NCBI GenBank assembly: GCA_043825775.1
Contig: JBDRRK010000008.1
Coordinates: 61,978 to 125,977, forward strand
Direction: 5' to 3'
DNA length: 64,000 bases
Origin: an archaeon
GTDB taxonomy: Archaea; Nanobdellota; Nanobdellia; SCGC-AAA011-G17; GW2011-AR17
This document shows positions 21,413-31,641 of this stretch, piece by piece. The position numbers and the translations under genes were made by a program. The notes beneath the pieces were generated by a model. That model had not been told where the DNA came from. It did no database searches and was given only the letters and a program-made list of their open reading frames with translations. Position 1 is the first letter of the stretch. Every line of letters begins with the position of its first letter.

Positions 21413-22812
21413 TTTTCCTCATATACACACAATACCCTATAACATTTCAATTCTGAAAAATTACCTCTTTGTATTTTATTACTCTCAAAAATAAATAAGG
21501 GTTGTTCAGGTAATTCCTGTATATTTCTTTTGTATCCAAAAGTAAAGAAGATTATCCTTAAATTCTCAAGTTTGGGTTTTTCTTCAAAATTGACTTCAAC
21601 ATAATTTTCTTCATTTGTAACATACTCATCCCACCAATAAAATTTATAGGTATTATCAAAATATCTTGAAATATATGAAGCATCAGGACCAAAAATAAAT
21701 TCTTTTTCTTCAAAATCAATTTTAATTTGAGCTGTGTCCTGCTCAAGTTGTTCATAATTCTCCCTGTATTCTTTGGATATTGACAACCCCCTATAAGCAA
21801 ATATAGACGATAAAACTATAAAAGAGATTAAAATAATTATAATTGTTTTCTTACTAGGCTTTGATCTTATAACCATTAGTATTAATAATGGAGAAAATAT
21901 AAATGCAAAATAGGAGAATCCTCCAAAAACTACCACTATGGTGGATACAAGACAAAGAAAAATTGTTTCATTAGCATATTTTTTAAATCTAAATCTTTTG
22001 ATTATGGCCCACAAAGATATTCCTAGTGCTGGAACTAAAACAATATACTCAAAATTATAAATAAAATATCTTAAGAATTTTCCAAAATCTGTAAATAACA
22101 TTAGTAATGGTGATGAACCTGAATTAGTGCTTGATGCTAAAACCCTTGCTACTATATTAGATGCAATTAATCTTGTCATTGAATGGAAAGGGTAACCAAA
22201 TAGTAAATAATCAAATATTAATTTAGGTAATAAACCAATACTAAATAATCCTAAAAATATAATGAGATATTTTAGTTCTATATCCCTAAAGAAGATTAAA
22301 ATAAATAAGAATACATAAATAAAAGTTAAAAAGTAAAATCCACAAGCAAAACCTAATAATAATCCAGATACTATCAAAGGAAATATTTTTTTAGTTTTAA
22401 TGAATTTTTCCAAAAAAAGATAAGATGAGATAAAAAATAATCCTGAAAAGAGCATAGGACTGTTTGTACCAATAATCCCTACTACTACAGGAAATAATAA
22501 AAATAATAATAATGCTAATTCGTTTTTTGTCTCCTTATAAAGAACTATTCCTATCAATAAGAGTATGATAAACCCTACCAGTTTAAATAAAAAATCTGAA
22601 TAATAGCTATTAAGAAGCTTCCCAATTAAAAAAGGAGAAAAGGCTGAATGGGCTGCAAATAATTGAATATTTGTTTCTCCTGTTGCTGCAAATTCAGCCA
22701 ATTTAAAATATTCATCAATATCACTTGTTGTGTATGCGTTTTCACTATAAATTAATTGAAAGAATAGTAATATTATTACTGCTGCTATTAATATAAAATA
22801 GACTTTTTTCAT
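21409..22812 (-). CDS. Multi-TM membrane protein with soluble C-terminal domain (possible GT-C-like)
   Basis: 467 aa. About 10 TM helices, then a C-terminal domain of ~150 aa. No motif I can name. Confidence 0.4.
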   Translation of the reverse strand: MKKVYFILIAAVIILLFFQLIYSENAYTTSDIDEYFKLAEFAATGETNIQLFAAHSAFSPFLIGKLLNSYYSDFLFKLVGFIILLLIGIVLYKETKNELALLLFLLFPVVVGIIGTNSPMLFSGLFFISSYLFLEKFIKTKKIFPLIVSGLLLGFACGFYFLTFIYVFLFILIFFRDIELKYLIIFLGLFSIGLLPKLIFDYLLFGYPFHSMTRLIASNIVARVLASSTNSGSSPLLMLFTDFGKFLRYFIYNFEYIVLVPALGISLWAIIKRFRFKKYANETIFLCLVSTIVVVFGGFSYFAFIFSPLLILMVIRSKPSKKTIIIILISFIVLSSIFAYRGLSISKEYRENYEQLEQDTAQIKIDFEEKEFIFGPDASYISRYFDNTYKFYWWDEYVTNEENYVEVNFEEKPKLENLRIIFFTFGYKRNIQELPEQPLFIFESNKIQRGNFSELKCYRVLCVYEEK

Positions 22813-22852
22813 TAAGGTTTTTGAATTATATCCATTTAAAACATTTATTAAT

Positions 22853-24076
22853 CTAAGAAGTATCTTTTAATATCAATCCTGCTACCTCTCTGCCAGAAAG
22901 AAGAGCTGTATTCATATTTCTTATTTTTGGGTAGGTTACTGCAATCCCTGAAAAATAAATATTATTTACCTGTTTTGGAGGCATATTTCTATGAAAATCC
23001 TTATCATAAATAGGACTTGCATACTTTTCCCTAAAAACTTTTGTCCATTTTATTTCAACGGGGAATTGTTCTGTTACCATATTCATGTATTCTTTGACAA
23101 TCTGTTCATCTGTTAGTTCTAGATCTTCCTCAGATCCTCCATATCTTAAAGCCCAAGTCACTTTGGTGTCATAACCATCATAGAGATAAGAATGTTGCAT
23201 TAGCATATGTACTCTTTTATTCAAAATATTTATCCAATAATGATCTGATAATAATTTTTCAGTTCCGAAAACTACAGATACACAAGGGCAGTACTTTATT
23301 TTTGATATTTTACTTACTATTTCTTCATCAAGATTTTTTTGTCTTTTCAAGAATGAAGGAAGAGGTATTGTTATTACTATTTTATCAAATTTTTCTCCAT
23401 CAATTGTTGTATTCTTACAGTCTATCTCTTGGATTGTTGCATTTTTTATTATTTTAACATTATTTTTCAGTAAAGTTTCTTCAAATGCATCAATAATTGC
23501 ATCAAGACCTTCAGTAGGATATCCAAAGTTGCCTGTTGCTTCTTTTGCAGTTAATCTGTTTGCAAACTGTTTTGCTGATATTTGTGATAATGGTATGTTA
23601 AACTTATTTCTTGCATACAAAGGAGTAAATAACTTCTCAGTTACTTCTTTTCCAGCTACTTGATTCAACCATTCTTCTGCGTTTTGGTCTTCTGGAATGT
23701 TATCAGGATTCAATAATGTGTATACATAAGATCCAAACATTCCATATCTCATCCTTCCATACAGAGTTAAGTAACTGAAATTCATTAGAGCAAGGGGGTT
23801 TGTAAAATTGTATATCTTTTCATTAACTAAAATTCCCATCTTAATCTTCTTCCATGTTAAATTTAAACCATATTTTTGCATATATTCTTTAGTTGTGTTA
23901 TCATGAGCAAATACATGATGATAGTGCATTGGAATTTTCTTTCCTTTATATTCAAAAGAAGAAGCCAAACCACCAAGATAAGAATTTTTTTCAAAAAGAG
24001 TTATTTCATGATTATTTGAAAGTATTTCTGCTGCAGATAATCCTGTCAATCCCCCACCTATAATAGCTATTTTCAT
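22853..24076 (-). CDS. FAD/NAD(P)-binding oxidoreductase (amine-oxidase / UDP-galactopyranose mutase-like)
   Basis: MKIAIIGGGLTGLSAAEIL dinucleotide-binding motif. 407 aa. Confidence 0.55.
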   Translation of the reverse strand: MKIAIIGGGLTGLSAAEILSNNHEITLFEKNSYLGGLASSFEYKGKKIPMHYHHVFAHDNTTKEYMQKYGLNLTWKKIKMGILVNEKIYNFTNPLALMNFSYLTLYGRMRYGMFGSYVYTLLNPDNIPEDQNAEEWLNQVAGKEVTEKLFTPLYARNKFNIPLSQISAKQFANRLTAKEATGNFGYPTEGLDAIIDAFEETLLKNNVKIIKNATIQEIDCKNTTIDGEKFDKIVITIPLPSFLKRQKNLDEEIVSKISKIKYCPCVSVVFGTEKLLSDHYWINILNKRVHMLMQHSYLYDGYDTKVTWALRYGGSEEDLELTDEQIVKEYMNMVTEQFPVEIKWTKVFREKYASPIYDKDFHRNMPPKQVNNIYFSGIAVTYPKIRNMNTALLSGREVAGLILKDTS

Positions 24077-25422
24077 TTTTCAAATGCATAATCAACTGAT
24101 CTTTTTAATAATGATTTAAAATGTGTCCAGGAGTTTACTTCTTTCATCATGAAGTATACAATTTTTGGACGGAAGTAGAATTCTAAGAAAGCTTTTCTTT
24201 GTAATTTTTTAAGTTCTTCTGATGTCATTCCTTCTGGAGCTAGTGGTGCTTTTGTATAGAATAATGAAGACCAATCTATTTTTGTTATTTTTCCTGATTC
24301 ACATAGTTGTTTTGTTGCTTCTGTTCCAGGTAAAGGCAAGAAAGTTGTAAAATGTGCTCTCTTTATATTAAGTTCTTTTGCAAATTTTATTGTTTGATTA
24401 ATAGTTTCCTTTGTTTCTGTAGGATACCCTAAGATAAAGAAAGCCATGATGTCAATGTTGTATTTGTTGATTAGATCTACTTTTTCTTTTATTGTTTCTA
24501 TTTTTAGATTCTTTTTCATGTCATTTAATATTTTTTGTGAACCTGATTCTATTCCTAATGTTATTGCATAACAACCACAGTCTTTTAGAGCTTGTAAAAC
24601 TTCATCATCTAATGTGTCTAAACGAACTCCATTTGGAAATGTTAGTGAAAATTTTAATCCTCTTTTCTTTACCTCTTCTGTGAATTCAAGAACTCTTGAT
24701 TTTAATTGTGTAAAAGTATCGTCTATAATATGTATTTCTTTAACTCCATATTTGTTTTGAAGCATTTCTATTTCATCTACAACATTTTGTGTTGATCTTG
24801 CTCTTAGTTTTCTTCCTGTTACCACATGACCCGCACAATAAGTACATTGATATGGGCAACCTCTTGAAGTTAATATTGGAGCTATTGGAAAGTTTCTATA
24901 TACCGCACCTTGTGGAGCTGTTGGGTATTTTGATGGATCCATCAGTTCCCAAATTGGCCAACCCAAAGAATCTAAGTCAGTTTCAAAATAAGATTCATTA
25001 ATTCCTTCCTTCCAAATTAAACCAGGAATTGTTTCTTTTGGTTCATTGTTTAACAACATTGGAAGACCTTTTTCTGCTTCTCCATGAAATGCAAAGTCTG
25101 CATCTGGAAAATCTTCAAAGATTTTTTCTTTTACACCAGATACATGTGCACCACCAAGAAGAATTTTTGATTTTCCTTTAATTGCTTCAATATACTTTTT
25201 TGTTGTTGCAACATCACAAGAAAACACTTGAAAACCTACATAATCTGGATTTTCTTTTTCATGGATTTTTTTTAATTGTTCTGGTGTTAATCTTTCCTTA
25301 ATCCCATCAATTATTACTGGTTCATGATCTGCATTTTTAACTGCTCTGGCTAGATATCCTAAGCTAACTGGTGGAACTACATAATGTGTATCACTGTTTG
25401 GACAGATTAAGAGTATTTTCAT
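24073..25422 (-). CDS. Cobalamin (B12)-binding radical SAM protein
   Basis: N-terminal B12-binding domain (MKILLICPN…). CPYQCTYCAG cluster motif is present. Confidence 0.8.
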   Translation of the reverse strand: MKILLICPNSDTHYVVPPVSLGYLARAVKNADHEPVIIDGIKERLTPEQLKKIHEKENPDYVGFQVFSCDVATTKKYIEAIKGKSKILLGGAHVSGVKEKIFEDFPDADFAFHGEAEKGLPMLLNNEPKETIPGLIWKEGINESYFETDLDSLGWPIWELMDPSKYPTAPQGAVYRNFPIAPILTSRGCPYQCTYCAGHVVTGRKLRARSTQNVVDEIEMLQNKYGVKEIHIIDDTFTQLKSRVLEFTEEVKKRGLKFSLTFPNGVRLDTLDDEVLQALKDCGCYAITLGIESGSQKILNDMKKNLKIETIKEKVDLINKYNIDIMAFFILGYPTETKETINQTIKFAKELNIKRAHFTTFLPLPGTEATKQLCESGKITKIDWSSLFYTKAPLAPEGMTSEELKKLQRKAFLEFYFRPKIVYFMMKEVNSWTHFKSLLKRSVDYAFEK

Positions 25423-25519
25423 GTTTTATTGCTTTGATTTGGGATATTTAAATAATTTGTGATGTTTAAAGATGCTCGAAAACCCAAATATATAAAAATT
25501 TAAAAAAAATCAATAAAGT

Positions 25520-27043
25520 ATGAAAAATAAGTATATCTACATTTTTTTGATTGTATTAATTTTATTTGGATGTTTTTTGAGATTTTACCATTTAGATCAA
25601 GAAACTTTATGGAATGATGAGCCTTATTATATGATTAGTGCTTTAAAATTTCATCATGAAAGTTATGAGGCTGGAAGTTTTTATGTTATGGAACATCCTC
25701 CATTGGCAAGGTGGATTTTAGGAATTCCAACAAAATGGATTGATTTAGATTATAGTGGTTTAAAAAATCTTGGAGCAAATATGTATGCTTCTGGTTTTTA
25801 TGTTAGTGACCTTTTGAAAGAAACTTATGTTCCTATTCGTTTTATGAATGCAATTATTGGAACTTTGGGAGTTTTGTTTATTATTTTAATTACTAGAAAA
25901 ATATTTGGTTTGTATGCTGGATTGTGGGCTGGTGCTTTGGCTGCTCTTTCATTTGATTTGATATCATATAGTAGACATACACTTACTGATGGTTGTGCTT
26001 TTACTTTTGCCCTAGGGACATTATTATTTTTTATATATTATTTGTATAACAAAACTGATAGAAGATATTGGTATCTTGTTTTATCTTTGTTATTTTTAAT
26101 TTTGGCTTTAGATAGCAGGAATTTTCATCCTTTGTTTTTAATTCCTATCTTGATAATTAGTCTATTTGTTATTAAAAGAAATAAAGAAGAAAGAGCAGAA
26201 AATATATTTGTTTCTGGATTAATCTTTGCTGCAACTTATGTTGCTTTGAAAGTAATATATCTTCCAGAAGCATTTAAGGCTGGACAAGAATTGTATGATG
26301 TTACAATTTTTAGTATATTGCAGTTTAATCTTCATAATATCTTCATTACTTTGTTCTTTAGAAATTCATACTTATTTATCCTTGTTTTATTGTTATTGTT
26401 GTTTGAGCTTTATTTGATTTATACTAATAATAAAGATAATTTGAAAGGTTTATTTTTGAGTAAAAAACCGGAAATGGTCGTGTTCATATTTTTTGTTATT
26501 TATTTCTTTGGTTTAGGGATTACAGAGTTTAGTTTGCAAGCAAGGCACTTACTTGTTGTATTTATTCCCTTGTTTATCTTTGGAGGATATATTTTAAAAA
26601 AATATTCTACTAAAAAGTTTTTTCTTGCTGTTATAGTTGGTTTATTGATATTGAATGTTTATTTGTTAATTTCTTATTTTCCTCATGAGACAAGTAATTA
26701 CATTAATTTTGGGGTGGATAAATATATTTCAGAAGGTTCTGATGATCCTGAGTATCTAGATGCTATTGCATTTTTGGAGAACGATGGAAATCCTAAGATA
26801 ATAACCAGCTTACCTAATATGTTAATATTCTATGAAAATGTAGATCCACTTGTCATGGCTTCTGATTCTAGATGTACTGAGGCTTTTTTTGAACAAATGA
26901 AAGAAGATGGCACATATATGATTGTTACTCATGGTTTTATTGAAAGATGTATTGAATTACAGATAGTTTGTCCAGGTGTTGATTTATATGAAAGAGAAAT
27001 TGTTTATACGACACAAAATTTAGAAGTTTCTCATTTCAAATAA
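25520..27043 (+). CDS. GT-C-type integral membrane glycosyltransferase (GT39/ArnT-like), putative
   Basis: 507 aa. Multi-TM N-terminal region plus soluble C-terminal domain. Architecture is similar to the 419..2059 ORF. Confidence 0.45.
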   Translation: MKNKYIYIFLIVLILFGCFLRFYHLDQETLWNDEPYYMISALKFHHESYEAGSFYVMEHPPLARWILGIPTKWIDLDYSGLKNLGANMYASGFYVSDLLKETYVPIRFMNAIIGTLGVLFIILITRKIFGLYAGLWAGALAALSFDLISYSRHTLTDGCAFTFALGTLLFFIYYLYNKTDRRYWYLVLSLLFLILALDSRNFHPLFLIPILIISLFVIKRNKEERAENIFVSGLIFAATYVALKVIYLPEAFKAGQELYDVTIFSILQFNLHNIFITLFFRNSYLFILVLLLLLFELYLIYTNNKDNLKGLFLSKKPEMVVFIFFVIYFFGLGITEFSLQARHLLVVFIPLFIFGGYILKKYSTKKFFLAVIVGLLILNVYLLISYFPHETSNYINFGVDKYISEGSDDPEYLDAIAFLENDGNPKIITSLPNMLIFYENVDPLVMASDSRCTEAFFEQMKEDGTYMIVTHGFIERCIELQIVCPGVDLYEREIVYTTQNLEVSHFK

Positions 27044-28194
27044 AGTTTTTCGAAATCTTTTACTACATTAGAAACTAAGTATTGTTTTGCTTTTTCTTTG
27101 TTATGTTCTTTTATTTGTTCTCTTAATTCTGTATTTTTTATCAATTTAGTTAGTGCCTGTTTTAATTGTTCTAAGTTTTTGTAATCATAAAGAAAACCTT
27201 CCTTTTCTGAGATTAAAAAAGATCCACCCTCTGTTTTTGTTGAAACTAAAGCACAAGATCTAGCCATTGCTTCTATTAGAACAATTCCGAATGCTTCCCA
27301 TTCACTAGGCAAGATAAATATTTCAGTTAAATCTAAATATTGTAATCTTTCTGTTTCTCCTACTCTTCCTGTAAATTTTATATGGTTTTCAACTCCTAGT
27401 TCTTTTGCTATATTTGTTAATCTGTTTATTTCATTATCAACTTCATTACCCATAATTAAGAATTGGATGTTTGGTTGAATTTTGATTAAATCTGGAAGAA
27501 CCCTTATTACTTGATCCATTCCTTTATATTTTTGAACTCTTCCTAAATAGGAAATTATAAATTTGTTTGTTATTTGGGGTTTAACTCTCTTGAAAATTGA
27601 TTCTGGTATTGAGTTTGGAATGAACTTTATATTTTTTAATCCAAATTTATTCATCCATTGGTATTGAGTTGGGTTTACTTGCACTGACTTGTGGTAGAGA
27701 AGGTTTATTGGATATTCTAATGTTCTGTAAATATCTCTTAATACTTTTTGCCACCAAGGATATGTATCCAAGGCCATGAAAGGTCCATGAGGGGTGTTGA
27801 TTAGTTTTGTTTTTGTAAATATTCTTCTTAATAGAACTGCTAAATCTTGGAATGGAAATCCAATGCTTTGTACATGTAAGACATCTAAATTATATTTCAA
27901 ATGTTTAAATGATAATCCTGGATTAAATTTTAAGTAGTATTTATATTTGAAGAACAGTCTGCTTCTGTGAAAGTATATTCCATCAATTGTTTCCTCTTTT
28001 TTAAAAATATTATTTTCTTTTCTGTCTGAAGTGAATATATGTATTTCATGTCCTCTTTTCTTTAGTTCTTTTGCTATGTTAAATGTTAATTCTTCCATCC
28101 CTCCTGTTGCAGGGTAGAAATAATTGGCCATGAATCCTATTTTCATAATGAAGAATTTTGGTTTTTTATTTATAAAGTTTAAGTAGAACTGCAC
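27031..28194 (-). CDS. Glycosyltransferase family 4
   Basis: EAFGIVLIEAMARSCALVSTKTEGG donor-binding motif is present. Confidence 0.7.
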   Translation of the reverse strand: MQFYLNFINKKPKFFIMKIGFMANYFYPATGGMEELTFNIAKELKKRGHEIHIFTSDRKENNIFKKEETIDGIYFHRSRLFFKYKYYLKFNPGLSFKHLKYNLDVLHVQSIGFPFQDLAVLLRRIFTKTKLINTPHGPFMALDTYPWWQKVLRDIYRTLEYPINLLYHKSVQVNPTQYQWMNKFGLKNIKFIPNSIPESIFKRVKPQITNKFIISYLGRVQKYKGMDQVIRVLPDLIKIQPNIQFLIMGNEVDNEINRLTNIAKELGVENHIKFTGRVGETERLQYLDLTEIFILPSEWEAFGIVLIEAMARSCALVSTKTEGGSFLISEKEGFLYDYKNLEQLKQALTKLIKNTELREQIKEHNKEKAKQYLVSNVVKDFEKLYLK

Positions 28195-28228
28195 AATCTT
28201 TATAAATTAAATTTCTAAAAATTACTCT

Positions 28229-29368
28229 ATGAGGATTGCAATTGTTAGTATGTTCTATAAACCTACTATTGGAGGCGTAGAGAAAGTAATTGAGGTTTTA
28301 GCAAAAAATTATATTTCTAAAGGACACAGTGTTGATGTTTATTGTTGTGATTGTGATAAAAATAAGAGAATTAAAAAGAAGTTTGAAATTATTGAAGGAG
28401 TTAGGGTTTATAGATCAAGGTACTGGTTAAGGTTATCATTTAATACACATATTTTTCCAGGAGTTATATGGGATTTAATGACAAAGAAATATGATGTTAT
28501 TCATTCCCATGTTGGTGCACATGATTATGTTCTTTTCGCTGGATTGGCATCAAAGTTAAAAGGGGTTCCACATGTTCATACTACTCACTGTCCTTGGACT
28601 GATAAGTTTAGACCTTTAGCTGTTCGTATTCCTCTCTTCTTTACTGATAATTTTTTTAATTATATTTCTTTTAATTTGTGTGATAAGATTATTGCAATTA
28701 CACCTTGGGAAGTTCCTATTTTGAAGAAATGGGTTAAGGAAGATAAAATACAAGTGTTGCATAATGGTATGGATGGAAGATTGTTCAAGAAAGTTGATGG
28801 AAGTTCTTTTAGGAAGAAAGTTATGAAAGATCCCAATAATAAGTTAGTTTTGTTTTTTGGTCGTTTACATCCAACAAAAGCCCCTGATAATTTTGCTAAG
28901 GTTGCAAGAATGATTTGTAATGAAAGAAATGATATTGAGTTTGCCATAATTGGTCCTGATGAAGGTGAAATGGAAAAAGTAAAAAAAATAGTTAATAATC
29001 ATGATAGGATACATGTTACAGGACCTTGGCCTTATGAGGAAATTGAATATATGTATCAAGGTTCTGATCTTTATGTTTTAAGCTCTTATAGAGAGGGTTT
29101 GCCTTTAACATTGTTTGAGGCTATGGCCTCTGGGTTACCAGTAGTTGCAACTCCTGTTAATGGTGTTCCTTATGAAATGAAGGAGGGAGTTAATGGTTAT
29201 TTGGTAGAGTATGGAGATTTAGAAGCTATGAAAGAAAAGATATTGAAGATATTAGGTGATGAGAAATTAGCAAAGAAGTTTTCAGAGAATAATATTGAAA
29301 AAGTTAGAGGATATACTTGGGATAATATTGCTGCTGCAACTTTGAAAATTTATCAGGAGGAAATATGA
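28229..29368 (+). CDS. Glycosyltransferase family 4
   Basis: REGLPLTLFEAMASGLPVVATPVNG motif is present. Confidence 0.75.
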   Translation: MRIAIVSMFYKPTIGGVEKVIEVLAKNYISKGHSVDVYCCDCDKNKRIKKKFEIIEGVRVYRSRYWLRLSFNTHIFPGVIWDLMTKKYDVIHSHVGAHDYVLFAGLASKLKGVPHVHTTHCPWTDKFRPLAVRIPLFFTDNFFNYISFNLCDKIIAITPWEVPILKKWVKEDKIQVLHNGMDGRLFKKVDGSSFRKKVMKDPNNKLVLFFGRLHPTKAPDNFAKVARMICNERNDIEFAIIGPDEGEMEKVKKIVNNHDRIHVTGPWPYEEIEYMYQGSDLYVLSSYREGLPLTLFEAMASGLPVVATPVNGVPYEMKEGVNGYLVEYGDLEAMKEKILKILGDEKLAKKFSENNIEKVRGYTWDNIAAATLKIYQEEI

Positions 29369-30738
29369 AAGTTTTGTTAGTCTATCCAAACATTGTAGAA
29401 TCTCCTAAAGATATCTCTATTGGTTTAGGCATATTGTCATCGTTGTTGAAGAAGAATAATCATGAGGTTGATTTAATTGATTGTACATTTGGAATCGATG
29501 ATGAGGAAATTGAAGATAAGGTTAAAGAGTTTAATCCTGATTTGGTTGGAGTTAGTGCAGCTACTAATGATTTTAATAATGCCATTAGAATTTGTAAATT
29601 AATTAAGAAGGTTAAAGATGTGAAAATAGTTTGTGGAGGTTATCATGCAACTGTTGCTCCGGAAGATATTTTTATGTATGACTGTTTTGATGTTGTTGCT
29701 ATTGGTGAAGCTGAGCGTTCTTTTTTGGAGTTGGTTGAGAATTTAGATAAAACTAATATTAAAAATATGTGGTTTAGGAATGATGGTGAAGTGATAAAAA
29801 ATGATGTGGGTGATTTGTTACAAGATTTAGATTCATTGCCTTTTCCAGATAGAGAACTGTTTGATTATCAAAAATATATTAATTCTAACAGAGGTTTGGC
29901 TACTTTTATGTCTAGTAAAGGTTGTCCATTCTTGTGTACTTATTGCATAAATAAAGTTTTAATTGGTAAGTATAAAGGCAAGGGAAAGTTTTTGAGGTTT
30001 AGAAGTGTTGACAATGTTTTAAAGGAGATTAAGGAAGTTGTTTCAGAATATAAAGTTAAAGAGATTGAATTTTATGATGATACTTTTACATTGGATAAAG
30101 AAAGGTTGAAAGATTTTTGTAAGAGATATAAGGAAGAGGTTGGTTTGCCTTTTTACATTAATGCTAGAGTTAATGCTGTTACTAAGGAAGATTTTGAACA
30201 TTTAAAAGATGCTGGTTGTGTTAGAGTTTCTATTGGTATTGAGGCTGGTGATGATTATATTAGAAATAAAGTATTGAAAAGAAACCAGAAAGAAGAAGAT
30301 ATAATTAATACATTTAAATGGGCTAAAGAGGTTAGTTTGAAGACATATTCTTTTAATATGATTGGTATTCCTTTTGAGGATATGGCTAGTATAAAGAAAA
30401 CAATTGCATTAAATAAAAAAATAAAACCTGATTATGTAGGTGTTTCAATATTTAATGCGTTTAAAGGAACTGAATTGTATGATCTTTGTTTGAAAAATGG
30501 TTGGTTAGCACAGGGTTATTCAAAATCTTATTTTCAGTCTACAAATGTAAAACATCCTAATTTTACATTGAAGAGGTTGAAGAAGATTAGAGATAGGTTT
30601 GGTTTTGAGGTGTATAAAGATTCAGACAAGAAAAGAGCTTATATTGATTTAATTGATAAGAAGATGACTAGAGTTCCAATGTATACTAAATTAAGAAGTG
30701 TTTTGATTGAAAAGGGAGTTAAGAAATGGGTGGAATAA
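29365..30738 (+). CDS. Cobalamin (B12)-binding radical SAM protein
   Basis: N-terminal B12-binding domain (MKVLLVYPN…GGYHAT). CPFLCTYCIN motif is present. Confidence 0.8.
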   Translation: MKVLLVYPNIVESPKDISIGLGILSSLLKKNNHEVDLIDCTFGIDDEEIEDKVKEFNPDLVGVSAATNDFNNAIRICKLIKKVKDVKIVCGGYHATVAPEDIFMYDCFDVVAIGEAERSFLELVENLDKTNIKNMWFRNDGEVIKNDVGDLLQDLDSLPFPDRELFDYQKYINSNRGLATFMSSKGCPFLCTYCINKVLIGKYKGKGKFLRFRSVDNVLKEIKEVVSEYKVKEIEFYDDTFTLDKERLKDFCKRYKEEVGLPFYINARVNAVTKEDFEHLKDAGCVRVSIGIEAGDDYIRNKVLKRNQKEEDIINTFKWAKEVSLKTYSFNMIGIPFEDMASIKKTIALNKKIKPDYVGVSIFNAFKGTELYDLCLKNGWLAQGYSKSYFQSTNVKHPNFTLKRLKKIRDRFGFEVYKDSDKKRAYIDLIDKKMTRVPMYTKLRSVLIEKGVKKWVE

Positions 30739-31604
30739 TAAGTGTTATAATTACTGCATATAAAGAAGAGAAAACTGTTGGAAAGGCAATTGAACAGTTT
30801 TTGAAACAAGATGTTCATGAAGTTATTGTTGCTTGTCCTGATGAAGGAACTAGAGAGGTTGTTGAGAGTTTTACTGATGAAAGAGTTAAATGGGTAAAAG
30901 ATCCAGGTAAAGGAAAGCCGATTGCGTTGAATATTTGTTTTTCAATTGCAGGAGGAGATTATTTGATATTGAGTGATGGTGATGTTTATGTTTCTGATAA
31001 TGCTGTTCAAGAGCTAATGAAAGAATTAGAGAAGGGTTATGGTGCTGTTACTGGAAGGCCTGTTTCTTTAAATTCAAGAGCTTCAATGATGGGATATTTT
31101 TCTCATTTACTGACTGATGTTGGTGCTCATGATACTAGAATGAAATATGTTAAGGATAAGAAGTTTATTGATGTCTCTGGATATTTGTATGGGATGAAGA
31201 AAGTTATTAAAGAAATTCCAGAAGATGCTCTTTCTGATGATGCTGTTATTTCACAGATGATTTCTATGAAAGGATATAGAATAGGTTATGCTCCTGAAGC
31301 TAAAGTGTTTATTAAATATCCTTCCAACTTTAAGGATTGGGTTATTCAGAAGAAAAGGAGTGCTGGGGGTTATAATCAATTGAAAGAATATTTTCCTGGG
31401 AATGAGAGAATGAGATCATTTTCTAAAGAGATTAAAGAGGGTTGGTACAAACCTTTTACTTATCCAAGGAGTGTTAAAGAGGTTGTTTGGACTGGATGGT
31501 TGTATGTTTGTAGATTGTATTTGTGGTTTAAGATTTACAAGGATATTGATGTTGGAAAGCAGGAATTTAGCAAAGTATGGGTTAGAGTGGATAGTACAAA
31601 GTAG
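30726..31604 (+). CDS. Glycosyltransferase family 2
   Basis: ISVIITAYKEEKTV N-terminus and SDGD (DxD) motif are present. Confidence 0.7.
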   Translation: MGGIISVIITAYKEEKTVGKAIEQFLKQDVHEVIVACPDEGTREVVESFTDERVKWVKDPGKGKPIALNICFSIAGGDYLILSDGDVYVSDNAVQELMKELEKGYGAVTGRPVSLNSRASMMGYFSHLLTDVGAHDTRMKYVKDKKFIDVSGYLYGMKKVIKEIPEDALSDDAVISQMISMKGYRIGYAPEAKVFIKYPSNFKDWVIQKKRSAGGYNQLKEYFPGNERMRSFSKEIKEGWYKPFTYPRSVKEVVWTGWLYVCRLYLWFKIYKDIDVGKQEFSKVWVRVDSTK

Positions 31605-31641
31605 GAAAAGTTTTATATATCTCAATAATTAATTCTATTCT

